Below, piece after piece: positions 1 through 9,545 of a stretch of 64,000 nt of DNA; the first letter of the stretch is position 1, and each line of letters begins with the position of its first letter. The translations under genes were made by a program, and so were the position numbers. The DNA is taken from positions 544,001 to 608,000 of the forward strand of contig CAVXRD010000002.1 in NCBI GenBank assembly GCA_963764165.1. The letters run 5' to 3'. The notes below the pieces were generated by a model that worked only from the letters and a program-made list of their open reading frames with translations, did not search any database and was not told the origin of the DNA. This DNA is from an uncultured Verrucomicrobiae bacterium (GTDB taxonomy: Bacteria; Verrucomicrobiota; Verrucomicrobiia; Limisphaerales; Palsa-1400).

Positions 1-195
1 GATGGCTCCCCTCGCACCGCCTTTGCCATCGCCGCCGTTCCGACCATTTTGCTGGTGATGAAGCGCGATGCCTTCACCGAACTTGTCCGCCGGGAGCCGA
101 CGCTGGGGATGATGGTGATGCGAAATCTGGCGCAAGATCTCGCCGCCAAACTGCGCACGGTCAACGAATCCCTGGCCGCTGGCAAAAAGACGTAA
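1..195 (+). CDS. Cyclic nucleotide-binding domain protein, 3' part (5'-truncated by window)
   Basis: Frame 1 reads DGSPRTAFAIAAVPTILLVMKRDAFTELVRREP...KKT*, resembling the PRTAT motif and C-helix of cNMP-binding domains; not in the ORF track. Confidence 0.65.
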   Translation, partial: DGSPRTAFAIAAVPTILLVMKRDAFTELVRREPTLGMMVMRNLAQDLAAKLRTVNESLAAGKKT

Positions 196-339
196 CCACG
201 CGCCGCGTGTTTAGACACTCGCAGAATCGGAAATCAGAAACCAGGCATCCGTCTTGTCCCTTGATCTCATTCCGGCCGAGGTCGAATGCTCGTTCGGACG
301 GCTTGCCTAAAATGACACTGATTCGTGGATGAAAATTCG

Positions 340-1605
340 TTACGCATTCGGCTTTTGTTCTATCTCTTCAGGCCTTTCCGGATCTCCGCCAACGAGGTCG
401 CCGGCCCGGCCCGAGCGCCAGCGGCGCAGCGTCCGCGCGAATTTAATCGGCCAGTCTCTGTCCATGAAAGGCTTTTCCAGAAAGACAAACAGCAACGCGC
501 ACGCCGAAACGATGGTCGTTGTGATAAGGGCAAACTGAATCAGCAAGTCCAGGGACAGGTTTGCCACTCGAATCTTCTCAGTAAACCTAAAAGCAAACAA
601 AAGGATGAAGTCGTGGTACAAGTAAATTGTATAACACATTCCGCCTATGACAGCGACCCACGAATTCCGCAGGAGCCGAGCGGCCAGCACGCCTCGAAAC
701 GCCGCCAGAAAACATGCAAAAACGGCCACCGGAAGAAGAACTGAAATCAAGTGCCCAGTGGCAAGAACCACCACAGCCAGCGCAATCGCGAACCCCAAGT
801 CCCACCAAGGGGAGCGGCTGAGCGACTCCAGCCTGCCGTCCACGAAAAGGTCCGCGAACAAAAATCCAACCAGAAACAAATGCAAGTTCCCGGCCAATGA
901 TGTCCAATATCGATAGTAGCTTCCGAAAAAGCATTCGGCGCACACGCCCGCGGCAATCAAAGCAATGAAGCAAGACCACCGGAGTATTTTATCTTTAACG
1001 AAGAAGATTCGAGCCAACCACGGCGCGAGCAGATAAAACTGAACCTCTACCTCAAGCGACCAAAGCACGATATTGGGGTAGGCATGGTATCCAAAGATCG
1101 CACTGTGCGCATAAATAAGGCTGCTGGAAATATGCGCGAGGGCAAACTGGAACCAGTCTGGATTGTGATATAAGCGCGTTTGCGACGGCGTGTGCCGTAA
1201 AACGAACGCGCAGAGCGCCAGCATAATGACGAGTTGAATGACGTAGGGCGGCTCAATCCTCGTCAAGCGCCGAAGGTAATACTCGCGCAAGTTTACAGCG
1301 GGCGCCCCGCGAAGTGCGTGCCGGGCAAATGGAACTGAAAGGATAAATCCGCTGATCGAAAAAAACAACGAGACCCCATAATGGCCTGCCGCAAAAACGG
1401 TGTTCAGCCAAAAAACGGGTTGCGTCCCCCCAGGGTTTGTGAACCCGCGCCGGACGGAATACATGCCTCGGACATGGTATGCGATAACTGCCATAATCGC
1501 CAAGAATCGAAGTCCATCAATCTGCGGGAGGATTTTCCTCCCAGGCGTCGTGACACGTGAAAGCCTTCCCAACAGATTCAATTTCAGATTCTTTAGGAAT
1601 AACAT
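340..1605 (-). CDS. Acyltransferase family 3 (OafA/YrhL-like) membrane O-acyltransferase
   Basis: IDGLRFLAIMAVIAYH, GVSLFFSISGFIL, RRLTRIEPPY, WSLEVEVQFY motifs; many TM segments. Confidence 0.9.
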   Translation of the reverse strand: MLFLKNLKLNLLGRLSRVTTPGRKILPQIDGLRFLAIMAVIAYHVRGMYSVRRGFTNPGGTQPVFWLNTVFAAGHYGVSLFFSISGFILSVPFARHALRGAPAVNLREYYLRRLTRIEPPYVIQLVIMLALCAFVLRHTPSQTRLYHNPDWFQFALAHISSSLIYAHSAIFGYHAYPNIVLWSLEVEVQFYLLAPWLARIFFVKDKILRWSCFIALIAAGVCAECFFGSYYRYWTSLAGNLHLFLVGFLFADLFVDGRLESLSRSPWWDLGFAIALAVVVLATGHLISVLLPVAVFACFLAAFRGVLAARLLRNSWVAVIGGMCYTIYLYHDFILLFAFRFTEKIRVANLSLDLLIQFALITTTIVSACALLFVFLEKPFMDRDWPIKFARTLRRWRSGRAGDLVGGDPERPEEIEQKPNA

Positions 1606-1872
1606 GAGGGAGGATTACGGACTCAATCCCGCATCGGCCTTTCTCGCCAGATGGAAAGCTGCGCTTGGAGAGCAGAAAAGGCCCTCAAAAGGCGCATTTC
1701 CGCTTCAACGAACATGGTAGAATAGGCTCCTGCCCGCACTGCGCATAATTAGCCGCGACGACAGGCCGGAGCAATGAGCATTTCACGGTATTTCCAAAGC
1801 GATGCCGTGGGAGCCGATCTATTCCCAATCGTTTGAGCGAAGCGTTCTTTTTGAACATAATATTGATGGGAC

Positions 1873-1901
1873 TTGTCAAGAAAGAGTTTGTGTTGTATAA
1901 T
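1873..1901 (+). promoter_or_regulatory. sigma70-type promoter
   Basis: TTGTCA (1873-1878), 17-bp spacer, TATAAT (1896-1901) upstream of the next CDS. Confidence 0.7.
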
Positions 1902-1926
1902 CGCTCCCCGGTTCGGCGAATACCTT

Positions 1927-2556
1927 ATGCGCAATTATATTTTTGGAAGTAAGAGCATGGATGACAACGCAGGCGCACTCCGTTCCCTTTTACTTTTCGC
2001 GCGACGATCGGCGAGTTTCCAATATGGCAGGCTCTTTTGCTTGGCGGCCGTGTTAACTTTGGTGCTTGCCCGTGGAGTAATTCTGCAAGCCCAGGTGGCG
2101 AGTTCCCCGTCGCAATTGGTGCGTCCCATAATGAAAGACCCGAACAAGCGGGTTGCTCCCAATAGCCTCGGTCGCGATTCAGCAAGCTCGGATGGGTCTA
2201 CGAATCCGCATACTTCCACCCGCCTCGCGCCAATGCGCCCGGCGGAGCCAACCTCCATTGTCGCAAAGGTGGATCCGGCCTTCGCGGCTTCAACGCTAAC
2301 CTTGGTCGGAACGGTGGATGGTTTGAGAGGCACTCTGTATGTGACAAATATTAGCTCGTCCGCCGTCAAGCCCCTTTTGCAAGTCGCGGTGTGTGATCAG
2401 AAAGGATTTAAGGTGGACGTCATCAACAAGACCGGTTCATTGCTGGAACCAAATGCCAGCGAGAAACTCGTTGTGGTTGGGACGAATCTCAACGCGATGG
2501 ACCTGAAACTCGTGCGCCTGGCGCCGGCCACCGGAGCGGCGGCAACAGCCAAATAG
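1927..2556 (+). CDS. Hypothetical exported protein
   Basis: Hydrophobic signal-like segment (LFCLAAVLTLVLARGVILQAQ) then a beta-rich domain; start moved downstream of the promoter (1927 or 1957). Confidence 0.6.
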   Translation: MRNYIFGSKSMDDNAGALRSLLLFARRSASFQYGRLFCLAAVLTLVLARGVILQAQVASSPSQLVRPIMKDPNKRVAPNSLGRDSASSDGSTNPHTSTRLAPMRPAEPTSIVAKVDPAFAASTLTLVGTVDGLRGTLYVTNISSSAVKPLLQVAVCDQKGFKVDVINKTGSLLEPNASEKLVVVGTNLNAMDLKLVRLAPATGAAATAK

Positions 2557-2562
2557 TCAGAC

Positions 2563-2642
2563 GGCAGGGCGAGACTCGGTCGAGCCCTGATTAAATTCCC
2601 GTCCCAAAATCCAATCAGGGCTCGACACAGTCTCGCCCTGCC
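2563..2642. repeat. REP-like inverted repeat pair
   Basis: GGCAGGGCGAGACTCGGTCGAGCCCTGATT...AATCAGGGCTCGACACAGTCTCGCCCTGCC between convergent genes. Confidence 0.8.
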
Positions 2643-4003
2643 GAGTTGGTCTGCAGCTTCCGCGCCCGCCAAATGTAGACCGGCAAGCCGAGGCTGATGA
2701 GTCCGAGGCCAACCGCGGATTCCTTTGGGTTCGTCATCAATGTATTGGCCAGCAGCCAAAGCGCGACCGCGATGAAAATGATTGGCACCGCCGGATATCC
2801 CAATGTTTTGTACGGGCGCGGCGCATCGGGCTGTCTCCGTCGCAGGACAAAAACCGCACCGGTCGCCGCCGCGTAAAAAATCATGCTCGCGAAAATGACG
2901 CAGTCGGTTAATTGGTCGAACGTGGCCGAAATCACCAGCAGCGAGGCCCACAAACCTTGCAGCAGAATCGCCGACACCGGCACGGCGGATTTTCCACCGA
3001 GCTTCCCGAAGCTCTCAAAAAACAAACCGTCCCGCGCCATCGCATAAGGTATCCGCGCGCCGGTCAGAATCGACCCGTTCAGCGCGCCAATAGTTGACAG
3101 CATCGCGGCGATGGCTACCAACTCCGCTCCGGAGCCCGGCAAGAAAGTCTGCGCCGCTTTCGACGCGACCGGCAGCGTCGCCTTGCCAAAACTGGTGCTG
3201 GAGGAGGCGATTTCGCCAATCGGAAGCGCGTAGAAATAAGCGACATTCACCACGCCATACACCAGCAGCACAATCGCCATTCCCACGATGAGCGCGCGAG
3301 GAATGTTGCGGCCCGGATCGCGAACTTCCCCCGCCGCCATCGGCATATTGTTCCAGCCGTCGAAAGCCCACAACGCCGCCAGCATCGCCGCGCCAAAAGC
3401 GGAAAAACCGCACCAATTTGGAATGCCGGGAGGCGTCCGGAAATGCTCCCACGACGCGGAGCGGGCAAAGAAAAACACGCCTCCCGCAATGGTCGCGATG
3501 GCCAGCACCTTGGCCAGCGTCAGCGCCGCCTGCACGTGCCCGCCGATGGCGACGCGAAGGCAATTGATTCCCGAGAAAGCCAAAATCACCGCAACCCCCA
3601 CCGCCTTCGTCCACGCCGAACTCATCGGCAGCAAAACAGCCAGAAATGTTGCGAAGGCCGCGCCGAAACTGGCGATCGAACCGGTGGAACCAATGACAAG
3701 GCGCATCCAGCCGAAGAGAAATGCGGGAATATTCCCGTAGGCCACGCGCAGGTAAACGTATTCTCCCCCTGCGTTGGGAAGCATTGCGCCAAGCTCGGCG
3801 TAACTCAGCGCCCCGGCGAGCGACAACATTCCCGCCGCTGCCCACCCCAGCAAAACCATCCACGGCGTTCCCACCGCCTGGGCCATGCGGCTTGTTTTCA
3901 GGAAGACACCAGTGCCGATAATTGTCCCGACCACCAGAGAAGTGGTGGCGCTGAAATCCAGTCCGCGAACCAGCTCGTGTTTGTCCTTGGCGAGGTCAGC
4001 CAC
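2615..4003 (-). CDS. APC-family amino acid permease
   Basis: GTIIGTGVF, YAELGAMLPNAGGEYVYL, WAFDGWN, RPYKTLGYP motifs; about 12 TM. Confidence 0.9.
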   Translation of the reverse strand: MADLAKDKHELVRGLDFSATTSLVVGTIIGTGVFLKTSRMAQAVGTPWMVLLGWAAAGMLSLAGALSYAELGAMLPNAGGEYVYLRVAYGNIPAFLFGWMRLVIGSTGSIASFGAAFATFLAVLLPMSSAWTKAVGVAVILAFSGINCLRVAIGGHVQAALTLAKVLAIATIAGGVFFFARSASWEHFRTPPGIPNWCGFSAFGAAMLAALWAFDGWNNMPMAAGEVRDPGRNIPRALIVGMAIVLLVYGVVNVAYFYALPIGEIASSSTSFGKATLPVASKAAQTFLPGSGAELVAIAAMLSTIGALNGSILTGARIPYAMARDGLFFESFGKLGGKSAVPVSAILLQGLWASLLVISATFDQLTDCVIFASMIFYAAATGAVFVLRRRQPDAPRPYKTLGYPAVPIIFIAVALWLLANTLMTNPKESAVGLGLISLGLPVYIWRARKLQTNSAGRDCVEP

Positions 4004-4004
4004 G

Positions 4005-4781
4005 TCAAAATTGGATGGCCGGCAAGAGCCACTTTTTCTGGCGTTTCAGATATTCGGGCTCCGGCATTTGCACCAGCACCGGCTTGGACGCGCCGTCGAG
4101 CCAGCCCAGCAAGGTCTCCATTGAGCTTTCCTTCATCGCCGTGCAGCCGCTGGTCGGCTTGCCCGGCCCTTTCCAAATGTGCATGAAAACACAGGAACCG
4201 GCCCCAGGCACCACGCCTCCAGAATTGTGGGCCACGAAAATTCCAAGCTTATACTCATCATCCGCCATTTTCATTTTCTCGGAGCTTTTCCAGTCGGGCT
4301 TCTCCACTGCCTTGCGATCCTTGACGATATTGTAATAGGTGGAATTGGTGTCGTCGATGCACTCGACACTGGAAGTGCATTGGATGTAAGGCAGTTTAAT
4401 TTCGGTGACGTCGTCCGGCGCGGCGTAGCCAAAGGCATAGGGAAGATGGAAAATACCGGCCGGGCTTCTGCCGTCGCCCTCGTGTTTTTGCGGATCATTC
4501 GGCACCAGGGCTGCGGGCTGATTGGTCATGCCAAGCCCCCACCCCATCCCGCTCCGGCCAACGACAATCGGCATTGCCGTCCCGACCTGGTCCCATCCGT
4601 TCTCCTTGCGTTCAAAATATCGCAACGTGCCGTCCGTGGCCGTCCAGTCCTTGGTGGTGACCACCACCATTTGGCGGGACATCGACATAGTTTCGAGGAG
4701 TGGAATCTGCGCATTTGCCTGCGCCGCGAGGGCGACAGAGGCCAAAGCCACAGCGGCACAGAGCTTACTCAAAAAAAGCAC
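4005..4781 (-). CDS. Secreted YkuD-like L,D-transpeptidase/carboxypeptidase family protein
   Basis: Signal peptide; KHEGDGRSPAGIF and GSCVFMHIW...PTSGCTAM catalytic His/Cys motif. Confidence 0.8.
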   Translation of the reverse strand: MLFLSKLCAAVALASVALAAQANAQIPLLETMSMSRQMVVVTTKDWTATDGTLRYFERKENGWDQVGTAMPIVVGRSGMGWGLGMTNQPAALVPNDPQKHEGDGRSPAGIFHLPYAFGYAAPDDVTEIKLPYIQCTSSVECIDDTNSTYYNIVKDRKAVEKPDWKSSEKMKMADDEYKLGIFVAHNSGGVVPGAGSCVFMHIWKGPGKPTSGCTAMKESSMETLLGWLDGASKPVLVQMPEPEYLKRQKKWLLPAIQF

Positions 4782-4850
4782 GGCGGGATGTTGACAAATG
4801 TTACGATTTCAAGGCAAGCTGAATCCCCCGTTGCCAAAGAATGGAGTGGA

Positions 4851-5003
4851 GTGGCCAAGAAACCCAAGAGTTTTTATTATCTGCTGCCGGGTCAGGGGCG
4901 CGGAGCGCGGAAGCGCTTCATACGCAACCTGATCGCGGCGATCATTGTGGGGATTATTACCTGCGGGCTTCTGGCATGGGTCTGCTATCTCATTGCAACC
5001 TAA
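4851..5003 (+). CDS. Small (50 aa) single-TM hypothetical protein
   Basis: GTG start; MAKKPKSFYYLLPGQGRGARKRFIRNLIAAIIVGIITCGLLAWVCYLIAT; fills the intergenic gap. Confidence 0.6.
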   Translation: MAKKPKSFYYLLPGQGRGARKRFIRNLIAAIIVGIITCGLLAWVCYLIAT

Positions 5004-5021
5004 ACACAACGTCTTGAATAA

Positions 5022-5858
5022 TTGCCTGTGGCAATTATTCAAGACGTTGTGTTCGAAAGCATCCTTAACGTCTCCGGGCTGACGATTCGCCGGGGGCAAA
5101 CAGTTATTCTCGATGCCATCCACTGGCGTGTTGAACCTGGCCAGCACTGGGTCATTCTCGGCGCGAACGGTTCTGGAAAAACATCGCTGCTGGCCGCTTT
5201 GACCGGTTACTTGACGCCGTCGTCCGGGGAAGTTGAAGTTCTCGGGCATCGTTATGGCCGTTCCGATTGGCGGGAACTGCGCCAGCGCCTTGGATTAGTC
5301 AGTTCCGCCATCCGCCAAAGAATTCCCGACGACGAACCCGCCTTGGACACTGTTGCCAGCGGAAAATTTGCGATGATCGATTTCTGGGGCAAAATGACCG
5401 CCGCAGACCGCCGCCGCGCCGCGCGGATTTTAAAGCAGGTCGAATGCGAACCGCTGGCCTCGCGCCCATGGCTGTATCTGTCCCAAGGCGAGCGCCAGCG
5501 CGTCCTGATTGGCCGCGCTCTGATGGCCGAACCCGCGATTCTTATCCTGGACGAGCCGTGCGCCGGACTTGATCCGGCGGCGCGCGAACGGTTCCTTCAA
5601 TTCCTCCAGCGCCTCGGCCAGCAGAAGAACGGGCCGACGCTGGTACTGGTGACGCATCACGTCGAAGAAATCATGCCCGTCTTCTCACATGTGCTGATTT
5701 TGAAGAGCGCGAAAGTGATGAAATCGGGTGAATTAAAAACCGTCTTGACCTCCGCCGCGCTGTCCGCCGCCTTCAACGAAACCGCCCGCCTCCGCCGCAA
5801 AAACGGCAGATATCAACTCACACTGTCCCGTCAAACACAATGGAAGCTGGACTCTTGA
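5022..5858 (+). CDS. ABC transporter ATP-binding protein (ModF-like)
   Basis: Walker A GANGSGKT, LSQGERQR signature, ILILDEP Walker B, VTHH; start uncertain (5022-5049). Confidence 0.85.
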   Translation: MPVAIIQDVVFESILNVSGLTIRRGQTVILDAIHWRVEPGQHWVILGANGSGKTSLLAALTGYLTPSSGEVEVLGHRYGRSDWRELRQRLGLVSSAIRQRIPDDEPALDTVASGKFAMIDFWGKMTAADRRRAARILKQVECEPLASRPWLYLSQGERQRVLIGRALMAEPAILILDEPCAGLDPAARERFLQFLQRLGQQKNGPTLVLVTHHVEEIMPVFSHVLILKSAKVMKSGELKTVLTSAALSAAFNETARLRRKNGRYQLTLSRQTQWKLDS

Positions 5859-5884
5859 CCCCAGCAGGCAGTCCTCGCTTCACT

Positions 5885-6748
5885 TCAACCCGTCGGGATG
5901 CGATTGGCCAGATCAACAAAAAATTCTTTTGACCAAAGCTCAACCTCGCGAGGGTCTTGCAGAAAAACCCGCACCTCATTGGCAGCCTCCCGGAAATTGA
6001 TTTCACCAAAGCGCTTTACGAGCAGAGCTTTTAAACTCTCCGTCGCAAGGGGTTCTCCCTTCCAGTATTTGGACTGGCGCATTCGGGCATCGAGGTGCTT
6101 CAAGTTGGGCACAACTTTTCGCCCCACATACCAGACGAAGTCATAATAATCCCGGCCCTTTACGCGGTTCTTCCACCCCCGGCACAAAACGGCGTGAAGC
6201 TTGCCAGCGAAAAGACTGCCCAGATCATAGAGCCTGACCTGGTAGGGAGTCGGCAAGATCTGGGAACGAAACTCGGTGCTGGCATCCGGCGGTGGCTGGA
6301 GATCCATCTCCAGCTTGATTCTAATTTTCTGATCCGAGTGCATTCTTCGCGCAAGCTCAGGAGGCGCGCCAATATAAAGCAGATTAAGCTGTGTGCTTCC
6401 TTTTAGAAATGCTGATTCAATCCCGGTTCGATTCCCCGATGAGCGACTCTCTGCTTCGAAAGTAAAACCCCAAGATTTCAGTTCGGTGCCAATGTCCGAT
6501 AGATACCGGTCAAGTCTAACGTCGGCGTTTGCTTCGAGCAGCGAAAAATCGAGATCCTCCGAGAATCGCCGCAGTCCGTGAAAGATTCTCAAAGCAGTGC
6601 CTCCATAAAAAGCGGCATTGGCGAAAAACCCCCTTCGCCACAGGCCGAGCAACGCCAGTTCTTGGACCACTTCACGCGCCGCATTCTGGTAATCAAGCTG
6701 AGTCTTTGGCTGGTAGGCAGCCAGCATGTCCCTTAGAGCGGAGTTCAT
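5885..6748 (-). CDS. AbiEii-family nucleotidyltransferase toxin (type IV TA)
   Basis: FYGGTALRIFHGLRRFSEDLDFS motif, KLHAVL, KGRDYYD. Confidence 0.9.
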   Translation of the reverse strand: MNSALRDMLAAYQPKTQLDYQNAAREVVQELALLGLWRRGFFANAAFYGGTALRIFHGLRRFSEDLDFSLLEANADVRLDRYLSDIGTELKSWGFTFEAESRSSGNRTGIESAFLKGSTQLNLLYIGAPPELARRMHSDQKIRIKLEMDLQPPPDASTEFRSQILPTPYQVRLYDLGSLFAGKLHAVLCRGWKNRVKGRDYYDFVWYVGRKVVPNLKHLDARMRQSKYWKGEPLATESLKALLVKRFGEINFREAANEVRVFLQDPREVELWSKEFFVDLANRIPTG

Positions 6749-7371
6749 TTAACGAAACCTTTCTTCAACGCAAATTGCCGGAGCAACCGAACAGCGGGGC
6801 TGCCATAGTTGACTGCACAGGATGCAAGTTCGGCCTTGTCCAAGCTCGTTCCAAGATCAATTCTCATTCCTTCGAGCCAGCGGGCTACGTCAGGCAGTGA
6901 TCGGAAGCCCGCCTCGAGAGCAATACGGTCACAAAGACCCTTTGTGGGGCTGGCTATGAGAAAAGGCAGATCCAAGTTCGTCACGCGCCGGATTCCCACA
7001 GGATAAACCTCTTCCGGCACATGCCGGTAATGATAGCGTCCAAAGGCGTTCTCGAAACTGGCCGCACGCTTGGTGGTCGCTGAGATGCATTCAATAACGG
7101 CTTCCGGTATCATTCCGTGCCATGCAAGCGCCGTTTCAAAGCTGACGTAGGAAGGACCATAGATGGAACCAGCCAAGCAACGAGCATCAATGTTCGGCCG
7201 ATTCGCATAAAGTCCGCGACGCAGTTGAATCAGCTCGCCGGAGCTTAACATTCTCGCAATTTTCCCACGAACATCGGAAACATCGTGCAGCAAATGTCGC
7301 ATGCGAATCGTGTCCAAAAGCAAATCTTGGCCAACGTCGGACGGGTGCTCAATTGTCTGATTAGGATGCAT
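6745..7371 (-). CDS. AbiEi-like antitoxin/transcriptional regulator
   Basis: LIQLRRGLY, PSYVSFETALAWHGMIPE, IASPTKGLCD; 4-bp overlap with the toxin gene. Confidence 0.85.
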   Translation of the reverse strand: MHPNQTIEHPSDVGQDLLLDTIRMRHLLHDVSDVRGKIARMLSSGELIQLRRGLYANRPNIDARCLAGSIYGPSYVSFETALAWHGMIPEAVIECISATTKRAASFENAFGRYHYRHVPEEVYPVGIRRVTNLDLPFLIASPTKGLCDRIALEAGFRSLPDVARWLEGMRIDLGTSLDKAELASCAVNYGSPAVRLLRQFALKKGFVK

Positions 7372-7472
7372 TATTTTAACGAGATAGTTGCATTTTAGGC
7401 AACTTTCTTGTAAAAATCAAACGTTTTTTATATTGTGTCTAATTGCCTCAACGACCTTGCTGCGCGACCGCT

Positions 7473-8330
7473 CTACGGGGGAAAACCAAACGACATTTTG
7501 ACGACCGAGTACTCGGGATGAATCCGTCCCTCTGTGGTTCGAATGACTAGTGGCGGTTCCGTCCAGGGCCTTTCGCATGCGGTTGGAGGAAGATCGGTCG
7601 TTTTGGCCATGCAAAATAGACCCAACAACGGAGGCTCGGGCTCGCGCAGCGTCACCGGGCGCCATCGAATGATCGTCAAACCCGCCGTCGTCGCGGCGGC
7701 TTCGACCCGGCTTTTTTGCGCGGGCGGAATCACTGGAAATACGCACACAAAAACTCCGCCGGGGTTCAGCCGCAGCGCCGCGTTGGCGCAATAATCGGAG
7801 ACATCGCCGCGCATTTCAAAACGGCAGGCAATTTTCTGGGGATGGTCCCCTTCGACGCCGCTGCCCGGCGGAAAATAGGGCGGGCTGCCAAGTATTAAAT
7901 CGAACTTTTCCTCCAGAGGCAAAACGGAGCGATCGCGGAAATCGCCGTGACGGATTTCGTAGCGCGCCTCCAGCCCATTCCAACGAGCCGATTTCCGGGC
8001 CAGGCGCGCGCTTTCTTCCTGCGCTTCGACCGTGACAAACCTCGCGCCCGCCAGCCGCCAGGCGGCAATCATTCCCACGGCGCCCAGTCCGCTGCCAAGA
8101 TCAAGGACTCTTTGCGCGGTCGGACAACAGGTCGTGCCATACCATGCTGTCAAGACGTCATCTGTCGAAAACCGGTGGCCATCGGCCAGTTGAAAAAGCC
8201 GAAAGTAGCCGCTGATGGCATCCAATGTTTCACCCGGTTCCACGACTGGCCCGCCGCCGAGTGCGCCGGGCGGAATCGGTCCCGGTTTGGCCCAGCCTTT
8301 AAATAGAGGTTCGGTGTGATCGCCGCCCAT
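7473..8330 (-). CDS. SAM-dependent methyltransferase (TrmN6/YfiC-like)
   Basis: GHRFSTDDVL, VLDLGSGLG, FDLILGSPPYF; start reassigned to ATG at 8330. Confidence 0.8.
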   Translation of the reverse strand: MGGDHTEPLFKGWAKPGPIPPGALGGGPVVEPGETLDAISGYFRLFQLADGHRFSTDDVLTAWYGTTCCPTAQRVLDLGSGLGAVGMIAAWRLAGARFVTVEAQEESARLARKSARWNGLEARYEIRHGDFRDRSVLPLEEKFDLILGSPPYFPPGSGVEGDHPQKIACRFEMRGDVSDYCANAALRLNPGGVFVCVFPVIPPAQKSRVEAAATTAGLTIIRWRPVTLREPEPPLLGLFCMAKTTDLPPTACERPWTEPPLVIRTTEGRIHPEYSVVKMSFGFPP

Positions 8331-8347
8331 GCCAGCAAGGTCGTTCT

Positions 8348-8629
8348 TCAATCGCCCAAATCCTGCGGGCCGTAGCGCGACCATGCCCAGATTCCCGCGA
8401 TCAATGCCACCGCCGTCACGCTCATCCAAATCGCGGACGAAATAAAATACGAGATGCCGATCATCGCCAATCCGCCAAACCACGGCCCCGCTGAACGCTG
8501 CTTTTTTCCGTAGATTGAAAAGCCGATCCCAATCGAACCCCAAATCAACGAGGCGATCAGCGTTGCCGTGCTGAACGAAAACGGCATACTCGGCCCGTTC
8601 TGAAAAGAATTAAGTGCGTTGGTGTCCAC
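8348..8629 (-). CDS. Small membrane protein
   Basis: 93 aa, three hydrophobic segments (SLIWGSIGIGFSIYGKKQ); in line with the lpxA operon. Confidence 0.7.
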   Translation of the reverse strand: MDTNALNSFQNGPSMPFSFSTATLIASLIWGSIGIGFSIYGKKQRSAGPWFGGLAMIGISYFISSAIWMSVTAVALIAGIWAWSRYGPQDLGD

Positions 8630-8650
8630 GATTTCCCTTGCAGCGCGCCG

Positions 8651-9418
8651 CTACTTGCTTATGCCGCGCTCGCTGGCGCGGACAAACTCTGTCAAATGCT
8701 TCAACTCCGGCAGCGCCGGCAGCGTTGATTCCATTTTTGATAGCGCGTTTGAAATGGTCAGGCCGTCGCGAAAAAGAATTTTGTAAGCCTGCTTGAGCGC
8801 GGCCTGGGCTTCCTCGGAAACGCCGTTGCGCTCCAATCCAACTTTGTTGATCGTGCGCGTGCAGGCGGGGTTTCCGTCGGCCAGCATGTAAGGCGGGACG
8901 TCCTGCACCACCTTCGAGCAGCCGCCGATGATCGCCATCGTCCCGATGCGGCAAAATTGATGCACCGCCGCCAATCCTCCGATGACCGCGCGATCCTCCA
9001 CCGTAATGTGCCCCGCCAGCGTCGCCACGTTGGACATGATGATGTGATTGCCCAGAGTGACATTATGCGCAATGTGGCAATAGGCCAGAATATGATTGTT
9101 CGATCCGACCGTCGTCACCTCGCCATCGCCCGTGGCGCTATGGATGGTGACGTATTCGCGAAACGTATTGTGGCTTCCGATCGCGGTGCGGGTGATGCCT
9201 CCCTTCCACTTCAAGTCCTGCGTTTTCAGCCCAATGCTCGCGAACGGGAAAATCTCGTTGCTCTCGCCCAGTGTCGTATGGCCATCAATGACAACGTGCG
9301 AATGAAGCTGGCATCGGTCGCCCAGCGTCACATGCTCGCCGATCACGCAATACGGGCCGATCTCGCATCCCTCGCCGATGCTCGCGTTTTTATGAATGAC
9401 AGCCGTCGGATGAATCAT
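8651..9418 (-). CDS. lpxA: Acyl-ACP--UDP-N-acetylglucosamine O-acyltransferase
   Basis: MIHPTAVIH start, hexapeptide repeats, QDLKWKG, HIAHNV, VHQFCRIG. Confidence 0.95.
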   Translation of the reverse strand: MIHPTAVIHKNASIGEGCEIGPYCVIGEHVTLGDRCQLHSHVVIDGHTTLGESNEIFPFASIGLKTQDLKWKGGITRTAIGSHNTFREYVTIHSATGDGEVTTVGSNNHILAYCHIAHNVTLGNHIIMSNVATLAGHITVEDRAVIGGLAAVHQFCRIGTMAIIGGCSKVVQDVPPYMLADGNPACTRTINKVGLERNGVSEEAQAALKQAYKILFRDGLTISNALSKMESTLPALPELKHLTEFVRASERGISK

Positions 9419-9428
9419 GCCGATAAGA

Positions 9429-9507
9429 GGTAGGGACGCCTCGCCAAGGCGTTCGGGGGGTGGCATTTTTCACGCGCAACCGGACGCCTCGGCGAGGCGT
9501 CCCTGCC
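9429..9507. repeat. GTAG-type REP pair
   Basis: GGTAGGGACGCCTCGCCAAGGCGTTCGG...CCGGACGCCTCGGCGAGGCGTCCCTGCC; close relative at 36219-36322. Confidence 0.85.
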
Positions 9508-9545
9508 TAAAATAACAACGATTTCCATAAGTTTCCGACAGCCGA

